A stretch of 64,000 bases of DNA from Callorhinchus milii. Lineage: Eukaryota. The position numbers and the translations under genes are program-made. Positions 39,713 through 53,594 of the stretch are shown piece by piece; position 1 is the first letter of the stretch; every line of letters starts with the position of its first letter. The stretch lies in contig NW_024704742.1 in the NCBI RefSeq assembly GCF_018977255.1, positions 83,516,001 to 83,580,000 on the forward strand, given 5' to 3'. The notes beneath the pieces are model-generated. The model was not told the origin of the DNA. It did not search any database and worked only from the letters and a program-made list of their open reading frames with translations.

Positions 39713-42318
39713 CAACAACAACTTGCATTTATATAGCCCCCTATACGCTGGGCAGCATCCCAGAGCGCATAACTATGGCAGAGCCCAATGCCGAGCCAGG
39801 GGGAGAGGGAAGGTGACCAGAGGCACGGTCGAAGAGGAAGGTCTTCAGCCGCGACCTGAAAATGGGGAAGGAAGGGGCGAAGTGAAGGGGTTGAGGGAGG
39901 GAGTTCCAAAGTTTCAGGGCGTAGTAGCTGAAGGCACGGCTGCTGATGGTGGAACGGAGGATTCAGGGGACAAGGAGGAGGCTGGACCCAGTAGAGTGGA
40001 GGCAGCAGGTACTGCTGTGGGGAGAGAGGAGGTTAGAGAGATAGGGGGGTGTCAAGGAATAGAGAGATTTAAACACTAGAGTGAGGATTTTGACAAAGAA
40101 CCAGTGGAGTTTGGCAAGGACTGGAGTAATCGGGGATTACGGAGTTCAGTGCGGATGAGAATGCGGGTGGGGGATTTTTGGATAAGTTGAATTTTGTGAA
40201 TAGTGGAGGACGGGAGACCGGCTAGGAGGGCGTTAGAGTAGTCCAACCGAGAGGTGACGAAGGTGTGGACAAGGGATTCGTCAACTTGTGGAGTGAGGTA
40301 TTGTTGGAGACGGTCAATGTGGTGGAAGTGGAGGAAAGTGGTCCTGGCCAGGGACTGGATGTGGGGGAGAAAGGATAACTGGGGATTGAACCGGACGCCT
40401 AAGTTGGGCACGGGTTCAGAGGTTTAAGGACAAACCGGGTAGGTTGAGGAGGTTGGAACCATAGGACAGAAGGCGTCAGCAGGAGCCAAAAAGTATGGCT
40501 TCCGTCTTGTTGACGTTTAACTGCAAGAAGTTTGCGCTCATCCAAGTCTTGATGTCTATCAGACAAGTTGACAGAACATCGGGGGACTGGGGTTCGCAGC
40601 TGGAGGAGGAGAAGTAGAGTCAAATGTTATGCGCATACATGTGGAAGTTAACCCCGTGTCTGCAGATGACATCACCGAGAGGGAGCATACAGATGAGGAA
40701 GAGAAGGGGGTCAAGGATGGAGCCTTGGGATAACCCGCGGGTGACCGGGCAGGGGAGGGAAGAAAAAGCATTTGCGGAAATGTAATGTTGGCGGTTTGTA
40801 AGGTAGGACTCGAACCAAGTGAGTGCAGTCACATTGAGGTGGATGATGGAGGAGAGGCGGTGGAGGAGGATGGCGTGATCGACTGTGTCGAACGCAGCGG
40901 TGAAGTCCAGGAGAATGAGGAAGCAGAGGGAGCCCTGGTCACAGATAGAGAGGATATCTTTTGTGACTTTCACGAGTGCTGTCCCTGTACTGTGGGCAGG
41001 GCAGAAACCGGACTGGAGGGGTTCGAGTAGGGAGTAGAGGGAGAGGTGTGAGCGAAGTTGGCTGGCAACAACACGTTCCAAAGCTTTGAGCAGGAAGGGC
41101 AGGTTTGAGATAGGGCGGTAGTGGCCAAGATTGGAGGGATCGAAGGTAGGTTTTTTTTTAAAGGAGGGGGGTGACGACAGCGGTTTTGAGGGGGAGAGGG
41201 ACTGTTCCTGAGGAGAGGGATTGATTAATGGTATCTGCCAACAGTGGGCAGAGGAGGGGAAGCTCCTCTGCCCACAGCAGTTGGTGGGGAGGGGTCAAGG
41301 CAGTAGGTGGTGGGTTTCATCAGGGTGATGGAGGATGAGAGGGAAGGAGAGATGGGAAGGAGGAAGGATGGAAGGATGGGAGCAAAGGAATGTAAGATGG
41401 GGGCCATGGTAGGAGCTGTGGTGGGGTGTGGGGGTGGGGGGACAGAGCAGGAGGCTGAGGCTGCCAGGCTGATATTTTCTATTTTAGAGGTAAGGAAGTC
41501 CATGACCTCTGCACACTTAATAATAATAATAATAATCCTGGCATTTGATGTAGCGCTTTTCACGTCTTCTCGACGTCTCAAAGCGCTTCACAGAATATAC
41601 TGTAAAGTGAATTGACTGTATATCTGTGGTGAACGCGGCAGCCAATTGCACACAGCAGTGTCCCACAAACAGTCGTAGATTGAAAATGACCAATTTATTA
41701 TTGTTTTGTTTTGGAGGGATTATTATCAGGTGTGTGGAGTAAGGAAACTTGCCCAGGGTTTCGCCCTGTGCCTGGAATTGAACTCAGGTGTCTCGCTTGC
41801 AAAGCGAGTGCTCTAACCACTGAGCTACAGGACTCTACATTGAGTCTGATGTAATGATTGAGAGTGCTTGAGGAGGCTCACAGAGGAGGGGGTGGTGGAG
41901 AATAGGATTTGGGAGTTATTTTTGGCCTCCAGAATGGTCTTTGAATGATACAGTTTTTGGTTGTGAGAGGGAGCAGTGGCAGGTCCGAAGGTGCTCGAGC
42001 CAAAGCTGGTGGTGAACCGTGAGGCTGGTTTTCTGCCACCTGTGCTCGAGCAACCGGGTTTGTGATTTTAGGGAGCGGAGATGGCTGTTGTAACAGGGGG
42101 AGTGGGTGGGTTTGGAGACAGCCCTGGATTTCTGGGGGACAAGGGAGTTGAAGGTGGAGGTGAGGCGATGATGGAGCAGCTTGACGGCTGCATCAGGATT
42201 GTTGCGAGTGAAAGGCCCAAGAGAGAGCAAGTCTGAAGATGAGAGGCCATTTGTGAGGGTCTCAGCGGGAAGCCTTTTCCATGTCCGGAAAGGGATGGTG
42301 GAGGGCTGGATGGATCTT
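39713..42318 (-). mobile_element. L2 LINE (subfamily B), ~2.3 kb, interrupted by a SINE at 41518-41836
   Basis: RT motifs [29 protein letters not shown]; tail at 39713; linker region extends to ~42318. Confidence 0.92.
41518..41836 (-). mobile_element. tRNA-derived SINE nested in an L2
   Basis: Full head to (TTA)n tail; L2 sequence on both sides. Confidence 0.92.
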
Positions 42319-42933
42319 TAAAGAAAATCTGTGCCAGAAGCTCCCACCCTGAAAAAATGGCATTTCCTTTTTAAAAGCCTCCTGCTTCCTTGATATTGAA
42401 TGGCTTGAGGAGAAAAAAAACATTTTCTCAAACTGTTTATTCCTTTTTTGTGTCAATCGGTTCAGCAGCGTCCAATTCCATTACATCCAACCCAACAATT
42501 TGCTGATTCTCAATAAGTGAAACAGTCAACAAAGCAGACGGTACCAAATGCAGAATAAGCAAGATCGCCATCATTATACCATGCTTTCCAAGGTGGACAG
42601 GCAGACACAGTATCAACACTTGACTAGTGGTGATCCAGCAGTATAGCAAAATAAAGAATTTGACATTTTGGTGGGGAGTTAATGTTGAACTAATGTCTTA
42701 TGGCGTTCGGTATTCAGTTCTGGGATTTCATTTCTTTGAAATACCAACTTAGTGAACAAACTACACAGTCCTTTAAAATGGCAATTACTCCAGACTGAAA
42801 TCTGGACTCAATCCCTAGAGAAGGGAGGCTCTCATTATGTCTAGCCAACAATCCACAAAATAAAGTTGGTCTACAAAACACGTGCACTACACTGTTACAG
42901 TAAATTCTGTTACGAGCTTTGAAACACGCTCCT

Positions 42934-44120
42934 GGCACTGGGGGATAGAGATCCAGAGCCTCGGGGCTGAGAGGCTGAAGGCCCGGCCACCGATGGTAGG
43001 GCGGTTGGGGCGGGGGACGTGGAGCAGACCGGAGCCAGAGGAACGGAGGGTACGGGCAGGTAGGTAGGGGGATAGTAGGTTGGAGAGGTAGGAGGGAGCG
43101 AGGCCGTGAATGGCCTTGTAGGTGAGGATGAGGATCTTGAATTCGATCCTCTGGGGGTTGGGGAGCCAGTGGAGGCGAGCGAGGGTGGGAGTGATGTGGT
43201 CGCGGTGTCTGGTGCGGGACAGTACACGAGCTGCAGAGTTCTGAATGACCTGCAGCTTGTGGAGGGAGATGCCGGGAAGGCCGACGAGGAGAGAGTTCCC
43301 ATAGTCCAGCCTTGAGGTGATAAAGGCGTGGCCCAGAGTTGGACCAGAGTTGGAGCTGAGAGATAAGGAGTCGAGTGGGGATGGGGTCAAGGGAGCAGGT
43401 GGTGGGTTTCAGGGACAGGATGAGTTTGGTGACAGAGGGTGGGGAAACGGGTACAAAGATGTGCGGGGAGGATGGGTAGGAGTCGGATTGTGGGAGGGAG
43501 GGGGTGGGGGGTTGGTGGAAGTTGGAGGGGGAGTGACCGCGGAGCGAATTCCCTTGATTTTGGATTCAAGGAAATCCAGCATCTCCTCGCAGTGAAGGTT
43601 GGAGGAGATGACCTGCGCGGGGTGGCGGGGGGGACGGAGGAGTAGGGATGTGGTAGAAAACAGTAGCCTGGGGTTGTTCTTCGCCTCCAGGATTATCCTG
43701 GAGTAGAAGGACGATTTGGCCGAGGCTAGAGTGGAGCAGCAGATTTTGAGGAGGTCCAACCAGATTTGTCGGTGGACCATTAGGCCAGATTTGACGCAGG
43801 TGCGTTCAGCGGCCCGCACCTGGCTCTTCAGTGAGTGGAGGTGGGTGGTGAACCAGGGGGAGGAGCGGGAGTAGGAGACAGTACGGGTGGTGATGGGGGC
43901 AAGAGTGTCGAGTGTGGAGGAGAGGGTGTTGTGGAGGAGGATGAGAGGAGAAGAGGGGTCAGTGAGGGTTGAAGGCCAGAGGGAGAGGAGTTCAGAGGAC
44001 TCCAAGGCAGCGGTTAGGGATTGTGGGGGTAACTTCTTCCAGGGGCGGTAGAAGATGATGGTGGGTCTGGTGGAGGTGGGGAGGGGGGTGGAGGTGGTGA
44101 AGGAGATGAAGTGGTGATCG
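42934..44120 (-). mobile_element. L2 LINE subfamily A fragment with ~1-kb RT deletion and no 3' tail
   Basis: Aligns to 56346-57115 and 58097-58499 of the nested L2. Confidence 0.93.
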
Positions 44121-44154
44121 GAGCTCCAATACAATCAAAGCTCCAATACAATGC

Positions 44155-44930
44155 AATAATAATAATGCTTACATTTGATATTGTGCCTTTCATGTCGGGA
44201 GGAGTCTCAAAAAGTTTCATAGGATATACTGTAAACCAGAGCGACTGTGNTTTTTGTAGGTGAATAAGGCAGCCAATTTAGACACAGCAATGTCCCACAA
44301 ACAGTTATGAAGCGAATTACCGTACCAATTTTATTTAAGGCTTATTGGCCAAGAGAAACTTCTTTTGAATAGTGCCATGGAATCTTTAACATCCACTCCT
44401 TTAACATCCAGATGATTCAATCCTCATCTGAAGGACAGCACCTCCAACAAAGCAGTACCCCCTCAGCACTGCATTGGACTGTCAGCAACAAAATTACATT
44501 TGTATAGCACCTTTCACGTCAGGAGGAAGTCCCAAGGCGCTAAATAATAATAATCCTTGCATTTGATATTGCGCTTTTCACGTCTTCTAGACGTCTCAAA
44601 GCACTTCACAGAACACACTGTAAAGTGAATTGATTGCATATTTGTGGGCAAAACGTGGCAGTCAATTGCGCACAGCAGTGTCCCACAAACAGCCGTGGAT
44701 TGAAGTGACCAAATTATTATTGTTTTTTTTCTTCAGGGATTATCATCAGGTGTGTGGAGTAAGGAAACTTGCCCAAGGATTCGCCCTGCCGGGAATCGAA
44801 CGCTTATGAGGCGAGTGCTCTAACCACTGAGCTACAGGACTCCACAAACATACGAGTTTCAAGACCTGACATGGGGCTTGAACCCACAACCTTCTGACCC
44901 AAATAGCAAGAGTGCTGCCAACTGAGCCAG
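44155..44930 (-). mobile_element. Older Deu-domain-type SINE (SacSINE1/AmnSINE1-like), split by younger insertions. Relatives at ~2800-2930, 22195-22495, 33983-34335, 60985-61205
   Basis: Reverse strand reads cttcagatgag...ggatgttaaagattccatggcactattcaaaagaag...ttgtgggacattgctgtg, resembling the Deu central domain (recognised from memory, no alignment run). Confidence 0.6.
44543..44843 (-). mobile_element. tRNA-derived SINE nested in an older SINE
   Basis: Full head to tail; older SINE halves at 44155-44484 and 44850-44930. Confidence 0.9.
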
Positions 44931-45289
44931 GGTGATCCATGCCCTGACCAAAAGGACAGCTCACACACAAGTCTCCCCACAATCCAAATCGCAAAACAGA
45001 GAAAAAGCAGCCCTCACAGAAAAACTGAATCAGTTTTTTGCCTGTTCACGCGGAGAATGGTACATTCACGTGGATAGGAGGAAGGAGTTTCGCCCAAAGT
45101 CAAACCATCCTCAATATGAAATTGGTCATTCACTTCATGGCTGTTTGTAAGAACATTTCTGTGAGCAAACTGACTGCTGCGTTTGCCAACAAATACGCAG
45201 TCACTTCACAGTACACAGAGTTTGGTGCAGGTGAGGATACAGGCGGCAGTCCTGAATTAGCCAAATATTGGAGAAGAGACTTCCAGATT

Positions 45290-45482
45290 CCAGAGTTCCA
45301 AAAGGCTGTGGATATTGGATCCATTAAAATTTTCAAGACTGAGGTGGATAGAGTTTTTATTAGGTCAGGGTATCAAGGGATATTGCACAAAGGGATATTA
45401 GGAGCTGAGGTACTGATCAACCATGATCCAATAAATGGCGGAACAAACTGGAGGGGCTGAATGGCCTACTCCTGTTCCTATA
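45290..45482 (+). mobile_element. CR1-type 3' end
   Basis: FKTEVDR coding plus gggctgaatggcctactcctgttcctat tail. Similar tails at ~14385-14470 (-), ~16990-17100 (+), ~19530-19680 (-). Confidence 0.7.
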
Positions 45483-47854
45483 TTGTGGACGGTGGATCTG
45501 GGTACAAAACTGGGTAGGTGTAAAATACAGGAGTAAAAGCAAAGGCAGAGAGAGTGAACCAATGTTTTGTCCCCAAAGCTTGTAAACCCAGGCTACTCTC
45601 CTACACGTCAAACTATAACCTCATTTTCAGAATGATTCACTGCAGGAAACTCAGAATGAAAAATATGTAAAACGACATTGGGGGAATTGGATTCACAAAG
45701 AATTCCGCAATTTATCCGCTCAATTATGTTCCCCCGTTCCTACTGTCGTTCCACACAAGAGCAGCTTACATTCATTAAAGACTAGACAGATATACCAAAC
45801 TACTTTTTATAGAAAAACAATAATAAATGACAAAGGAAATAACTGAAAAAAGTGCAAAAATAAACCAAAAGAAAAACTGTGATTTTAAAATTGTAGTCTC
45901 TATTCCAGTTTCTTGGAAAATACTAAAAAGTGGGGATAGGCTAATTTTCAGCTATAATCCTGTAAACAGATTACAATTTCCTACATAAAACCAAAAAGAT
46001 ATCACTGTATACATTCACTAACCAGACAGATCCTAAAATTGTCCTTAATAATAATACACTAAATCCTTATAACTCATCACTGCAAGGGAAAAGGTTCAGT
46101 GCTGTGTTATCAGGAGTGGCAAGTTAGGCTTCTGTATAAATACATAAATAAATGTGGCCAGGATATTGACTTAAGTGTAGTGACAGGTTAAGCAGGGTTC
46201 AAATTATCAGGAGTTTATTGTGTAAAGATCAAATGAAAATGATAAATTTTCTGTCAAAGGTTACTAGCAAAAAGTTCTTAAGTGGCAGGATTACTGAACT
46301 GATTAAATTAAATTCACCAACCAAAGCAATTTCTACTTTCTACTGAAATAAAACCCAAGCACTCAAAAATATTCAACCATAGTTTGTTTTTCACTGGACA
46401 TAGTATGTGGTAATGACACAAAACAAAGGAAAACGCTGCACTAATTTTACTAACCTATCATAAAACCACATCTTACAATAAAATGATGGCATTCACAACA
46501 AAAAAACACCAACATATATTAAAGTGCTCCAGCAGTTACCAGACATCATGTTATCAGGACAATGTATTACTAATTTCTCCAATTTCCGAAACAAACGTGT
46601 GCAAAAGTAACGTGTGCACTGGGGCAATGCTGACTGATTATTTAGAAAACAATGCCCCTTTTCTTCCTGAAATGGGTAATACTGTATTATATTCCAATGA
46701 AACACTGATAGAACGTGTTCATTCCCTGACTGCAGAGCAATTTCTTAAGGTACCACTGGAAGAACCCAAGTTCTTTCAGAAACATTTTTTCTACACGACT
46801 TTTTTAAAAAAAATTCAATGGACAAGACCCTCCTCTTCGACCGTGCCATCCCCCCTGCCCTCCACCCCCCCGAATCCCAATCCCCAGCTCGGGTCTGAAA
46901 CACTGATTTTCCAGCGCCTTGGAACATCTTCCCAACGTGAAAGGCGCCATACAAATGTAATTTTGTTGTTTTGATATTTAATATCAGCGGAACAGGATGC
47001 ACAATAGGCACATGATACACAAAATACACAAGAGGCTCTTGTACGGCTAATAATACTCAATTAGACCATACTATATACAGCTGGTTTCCTTTTAAAAGAT
47101 AAGCTTGTTTAAACATGCAGCATCTTTCTATTTTCCTCTCTTCCATGTCTCCTACCCCAATCCTTCCAATTTTCTCAAAAGTCAGCATTCTGTAAGTGGC
47201 AACACTGGTGAAAGTTAATCTTTTGATGCACTGGCACAGCCCTGCTTTGGTGTCAGTTTATAGAAATCTCTTGAAAGTTTGTAAACAGTTTGTAATATGA
47301 TATCACTATATTCCACGCAAAAAGAAAAACACTCTGGGCCAATTTCATTGTTTTTAAAATGAAAATCCTCAACCAGCAATCAATTAAATTCAAAGTGATG
47401 AGAGTTCCCTTCATTGCGACCAGTACTTTTTCTAAATTATGCCAATGAAGTGATCACTTGACAGTTTTAAAATACACACTTGAATCACCTATTAAAAAAA
47501 ACACACTATTGTAATAAGCTGCAGAACTTCAGAAAATTTCAAACAGTTTTGAGCATATTTAACAGTATATTTGTTTTGAAATGTTTAGTATGCACAATTA
47601 CATTTGTTCAATGCTTAAATTAAATGTAATCAGTTTAAATTTAATGATATTTAAATAAATGAAAGTGGAAATAATTGATCTCAAAACATAATTAAGGCTT
47701 GCATTTAATCTCGTATTTATAACACTGAAACGTCAAAGTGCTTCACAAGGAATTAGTGTAGTGTACTAACTGTATTTGTAGGTAAATCCGGCAGCCAATT
47801 TGCACAGAGCTGTTCCAGATACAATTTATCTGTAGGAGTATTGGCCAGGATAGC

Positions 47855-48160
47855 AGGGCGAAACGTTGAGCAAGCTTCCTCACTCCACGTGCCTCTGTTT
47901 ACCAAGCAGTAAGTAGGAACCCAGTTGTTAGTCGATTGGCGATCGCTTTTCCGGGGGTAATAATTTCTTCAACAACAATTATAATAAATTGGTCACTCAA
48001 TCCACCACAGTTTGTGGGACACTGCTGTGCACAATTGTTTTGCCCACAAAATATACAATCAATTCACTTTACACTATATTCTGTGAAATGCTTTGAGATG
48101 TCTCGAAGACATGATAAGGCGCTATATCAAATGCAAGGATTTTTATTTTATTATTATATT
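47855..48160 (+). mobile_element. tRNA-SINE, 5'-truncated. Further partial copies at ~3540, 5410, 9165, 17440, 20215, 21180, 34053, 35553, 63595
   Basis: Shared body and tail ...atatcaaatgcaaggattattat. Confidence 0.8.
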
Positions 48161-48194
48161 ATTCTTTGTGGTGTGGAGTTATATTTTTTGAATG

Positions 48195-48380
48195 GTGTTG
48201 GCCTGTATAATCTGTATAGTTTGTGTGCACATTTCTGGGTGGTTGGACTGTGTAACCTGTGTTATAGGTATATAGTTCTGGGTGGTGTTAGACTGTATAA
48301 CCTGGATAGTTTATACGTATAGTTCTAGGTGTGTTAGACTGTGTAACCTGTGTAGTTTATGTGTATAGTTCTGGGTGGTG
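48195..48380 (+). repeat. Minisatellite, ~45-bp unit x4 (gtgttagactgtrtaacctg...tatagttctrggt)
   Basis: Visible tandem units. Confidence 0.8.
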
Positions 48381-49608
48381 TGTATGTGTGTGTGCAGTGT
48401 GTATGAGGTGTGTGCAGTGTGTGTATGAGGTGTGTGTGCCGCGTGTGTGAGGTGTGTGCAGCGTGTGTGAGGTGTGTGCAGTGTGTGTATGAGGTGTGTG
48501 CAGTGTGTATGAGGTGTGTGTGCAGTGTATGAGGTGTGTGTAGGGTGTGTGCGGTGTGTGTGAGGTGTGTGCAGTGTGTGTATGAGGTGTGTGCAGTGTG
48601 TGTGTATGAGGTGTGGTCAGTGTGTATGAGGTGTGTACAGTGTGTGTGTCAGGTGTGTGCAGTGTGTATGAGGTGTGTGTGAGGTATGTGTAAAGTGTGT
48701 GTGTGCAGTGTGTATGAGGTGTGTGCAGCGTGTGTGAGGTGTGTACAGTGTGTGTGAGGTGTGTGCAGTGTGTGTATGAGGTGTGTGTGTGTGTGTGCGG
48801 TGTGTGTATGAGGTGTGTATGAGGTGTGTGGTGTATGAGGTGTGTGTGTGTGAGGTGTATGAGGTGTGTGCAGTGTGTGTGCGGTGTGTGAGGTGTGTGT
48901 GTGTGAGGTGTGTATGAGGTGTATGTGTGTGTGTGCGGTGTGTGTATGAGGTGTGTGCGGTGTGTGAGGTGTGTGTGTGTGAGGTGTGTATGAGGTGTGT
49001 GTGTGTGTGCGGTGTGTGTATGAGGTGTGTGCGGTGTGTGAGGTGTGTGTGTGTGAGGTGTGTATGAGGTGTGTGTGTGTGTGCGGTGTGTGTATGAGGT
49101 GTGTGTGTGTGCGGTGTGTGTATGAGGTGTGTGCGGTGTGTGTATGAGGTGTATGAGGTGTGTGTGCGGTGTGTGAGGTGTGTGTAAGGTGTCTGCAGTG
49201 TGTGTGTGTGTATGAGGTGTGTGTGAGGTGTATGAGGTGTGTGTGAGGTGTATGAGGTGTGTGTGTGTGTGTGTGCGGTGTGTGAGGTGTGCGGTGTGTG
49301 TAAGGTGTGTGCAGTGTGTGTGAGGTGTATGAGGTGTGTGTGAGGTGTATGAGGTGTGTGTGAGGTGTATGTGTGTGTGGTGTGTGTGTGAGGTGTATGA
49401 GGTGTGTGTGTGTGCGGTGTGTGAGGTGTATGTGTGTGCGGTGTATGAGGTGTGTGTGTGTGTGTATGCGGTGTGTGAGGTGTGTGTGTGCGGTGTATGA
49501 GGTGTGTGTAAAGTGTGTGCAGTGTGTGTGTGTGTATGAGGTGTATGAGGTGTGTGTGTGCGGTGTATATGAGGTGTGCGGTGTGTGAGGTGTGTGTGTG
49601 GTCGGTGT
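48381..49608 (+). repeat. Compound GT-rich array (gtgtatgaggtgtgtgcrgt variants)
   Basis: Direct inspection. Confidence 0.95.
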
Positions 49609-49633
49609 NNNNNNNNNNNNNNNNNNNNNNNNN
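49609..49633. other. Assembly gap (25 N)
   Basis: Run of N. Confidence 1.
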
Positions 49634-50089
49634 CCTCCCTGCCCGGCCTCCCCCCCCTCCCCCCCCCTGCCCTGCCTGCCCGACCCGGCCCTCCTGCCCT
49701 CCCCCCTCCCCTCCAGCCCTGCCTGCCCTCCCCTGCCCTGCCCTCCCTGCCCGGCCCTGCCCTCCCGGCCCCGCGCTGTGTTGTGTTGTGTCCCCGGGCT
49801 CCAGGCTCGGCCTTGCGGCGGTGCAGCCTTGGGTGCGGGCGGCTCGGGGAGGCCGGGCCCGGGCCCGGGTCCAGGCCACAGGGGGAGGGGAGGGGAGCGG
49901 AGCGGCCTCTTGTGTGTCTGTGTGTCGCCGGGACTCAAACGGCGGCCCCGCGCGGCCTCTCACCGGCAGCGCCGCCGCCGCCTCCCCCTCACCCCGGGCC
50001 CGAGTGACAGGAGGCGGCCACAGCGGCACCGAGAGAGCGGCGTCTGGACAACATGGACAGTGAGTAACAGCGGCTACTGCACTGCGATA
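49634..50089. promoter_or_regulatory. CpG island; probable KDM4C promoter/exon-1 region (orientation uncertain)
   Basis: The only very GC- and CpG-rich non-TE stretch, 13.5 kb upstream of an exon that begins with a splice acceptor. Candidate donors: gtgagt on + (50060) and gtgagg on - (49992). Confidence 0.75.
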
Positions 50090-53000
50090 CACACACCTCA
50101 TACAGCGCACACCTCATATACACCGCACACACACACCTCACACACCGCACACCTCATATATACACCCCAAACCACACCCACCATCCCCCACACCCACACC
50201 CCAACACCCCACCACACACCCCCACACCCCCACCCCCCCACACCCCAACACCCCCACACACAACCCCCCCACACACACACCCCCACACCCCAACACCCCA
50301 CACACACACCCCTCCACACGCCAACACCCAACACCCACCCACACACACCCCACCACACACACCCACACCCATACACCCCACCCACACCACACCCACTCAC
50401 CCACACCCAACACCCCACACACACACCACACACTACACACCCCAACACACCGCACACACCAACACCTCACACCCCTACACACACACACACACTCACCCCC
50501 ACACTACACCCCACACCGCACCCACACACTCAACACTCACACCCCCACACACACACACCCACACCACACACCAACACCTCACACACACCCTCATCAACAC
50601 ACACACACACACCACACAACCCCACTCCACACGCACACACACACACACACACCTCAACACCCCACCACCAACACCTCACCACACCCAACCACACACCACC
50701 CTCAACCACCTACACCACCCACCCCCTCACACACCCACACACACCCACACACCCTCATACACACACCACGCACACACCCATACACACACACCCACACACC
50801 ACCCCCCACCTCACTCACACAACCACCGAACACACCACACCACACCCCACCTCACCACACACCCACACACACACACACCACACACCCCCCCACACACCAC
50901 ACACACCCCCCCACACACACACAACACCATACACACACACACACACACCCCAACACACACCTCATACACCCCTCACACACCACACACCACACACCCACAC
51001 ACACACCCACACACACACACCGCACACACACACCACACACACACAGCCACACCCCCCACACACACACACACCCACCCACACACCCCTCACCACACCACAT
51101 ACACCCCCACACCCACACACACCCACACACCTCATACACACCACACACACCACACACCCTCACACACCCACACACACACACCCCCACACACACACACCCA
51201 CACCCACACACACACACACATCACACACACACACACGCCAACACACACCACACACCACACCGCACACACCCACACACACACCACACCTCAACACACCTCA
51301 TACACACACACACCCACACACACACACAACACACACACACCCCACACACACACACCCACACACACCCCCCCACACACACCTCCACACACCCACACCTCAC
51401 ACACAGCCCTCACACACCCTGACACACACACTCACCCCAACACACTACACACCCACACCCACCACACCTCAACACATCACACACTCACACAACCCACACA
51501 CCTACACACACCTCAACACCACACACCCTCAACACATCACACCCCACACAGCACACCCTCACACAACACATACCCCAACACCACCCCCACCCCCCGCACA
51601 CCACCACACACACACACCCCCACACAACTCCCACCCCAACCCCCACACACACCCACACACACCAACACCCCCCCACACACACACACCCCCACACACACAC
51701 ACACCCACACACACCAACACACCCACACACCCCAACACACCACCCCACACCCCCCCCACACACACCCCACACAAACCCCCCCACCACACCTCCACACCGC
51801 ACACCCCATTCACACACCCACCACCACATCTACACCATACACACACACACGCCACACACTTTACCACACACCTCCACACACCCACACACACACCCATACA
51901 CACCCCACACACACACACACACACACACCTCACACACCCCACACACCCCACACACCTCCCCCCACACCCCACACACACCCACACACACTCAACACACACA
52001 CACACCGCCGAACACACACACACACCGCACACACACACACACACACCGCACACACACACACACACCCACACACACACATACACCCAACACACCCACCACC
52101 CACCCCCACACACACACACACACACCACACCACACACACCTCCACACACACCACACACCCACAACACCTCACACACACGCACACACCCCCCACACACACA
52201 CACCCCCCCACACACACACACACCCACACACACCAACACACACACACACCCCAACACACACCCCCACACCCCCCCCACACACCTCCCACACACCCCACAC
52301 ACCTCCACCACCCACACACCCACCACACACACACACACACCCACACACACCAACACATCACACACCCCAACACACACCACACACACACACACCCCACACA
52401 CACACACCCACACACCCACAACACACACCGCACACACACACACACACCCCAACACACCACCACACACACCACACACCTCACACACCCCCTCACACACACG
52501 CCCACACACACCCACAACACCCCCACATACACCCTCACACCACACACCTCAACACACCCCACACACCCACACACACACACACATCACACACGCGCACACA
52601 CACCACACACAGACACACACACCTCACACACGCGCACACACCACACACCACACCTCACTACACACACACCCCCACACACAGACCACACCCACACACACAC
52701 ACACCCACACACACACACACCACACACACACACCACACACCGCACACACACACACACCTCACACACACACACACTCAACACGCACACACACACACACACA
52801 CACCCACACACACCACACACCTCACACACACGTGCACACACCACACATACACACACACTGCACTCACACACACACACCCTCATACACACCACACACACAC
52901 ACACACCCACACACACACACCCCCCACACACACACCCCCCCCACACACACACACACCTCAGCGCTGCCCCCCACACACCCCCCTCAGCACTCCCCCCCCC

Positions 53001-53420
53001 ACCTACCCCACACCCCCCCTCAGCGCTCACCCCCGCCCTACCCACACACACCCGCCCTCACCCCCACACCCCGCGCCCCCTCAGCCCTCATCCCCCGCCC
53101 CACCTCAACCCTCACCACCACACACCCCGCGCCCCCTCATCCCTCACCCCCATACCCTCCTCCGCCCCCCTCAGCTCACCCCCACACCCCCCGTCCCCCT
53201 CAGCCCTCCCCCCACACGCCCCGCCACCCTCAGCCCTACCCCCACAAAGGCCCCGCCCCCTCTCAGCCCTCACCCCCACACAGCCCCCGCCCCACCCCCC
53301 TCAGCCCTCACCCCCACAGCCCCCTCCTCCCCACACACCTCCCCGCCCCACACCCCCGCCACCTCTCAGCCCTCCACCCCACACCCCTCCCCCGCCCTCA
53401 CACCACTCTCCCTCTCATTC
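50090..53420 (+). repeat. Degenerate CA/C-rich array, probably low-quality consensus, grading into ccccctcagc units
   Basis: Direct inspection; the first ~75 bp are the reverse complement of the GT-array motif. Confidence 0.9.
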
Positions 53421-53594
53421 ACTGACACTCTCTCTCACTGACACACTCACTTGTTGACACTCTTTCACTGACACTCTCTCACTGACTCACTCTCTCTCTG
53501 ACACTCTCTCTCACTGACACACTCTCCCTCACTGACACTCTCTCACTGATTCTCTTTCTCACTGACTCTCTCTCACACTGATACTCTCTCACTG
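53421..53594 (+). repeat. (ctct)ctcactgaca minisatellite, left part
   Basis: 14-18-bp units; same unit resumes at 59970. Confidence 0.9.

Noticed and set aside
49592..53425. 1277-aa His/Thr/Pro-rich ORF and the overlapping Cys/Val- or His/Thr-rich ORFs at 48617-53051
   Set aside because: Translations of GT/CA low-complexity arrays that lack stops by composition; several cross an N-gap.
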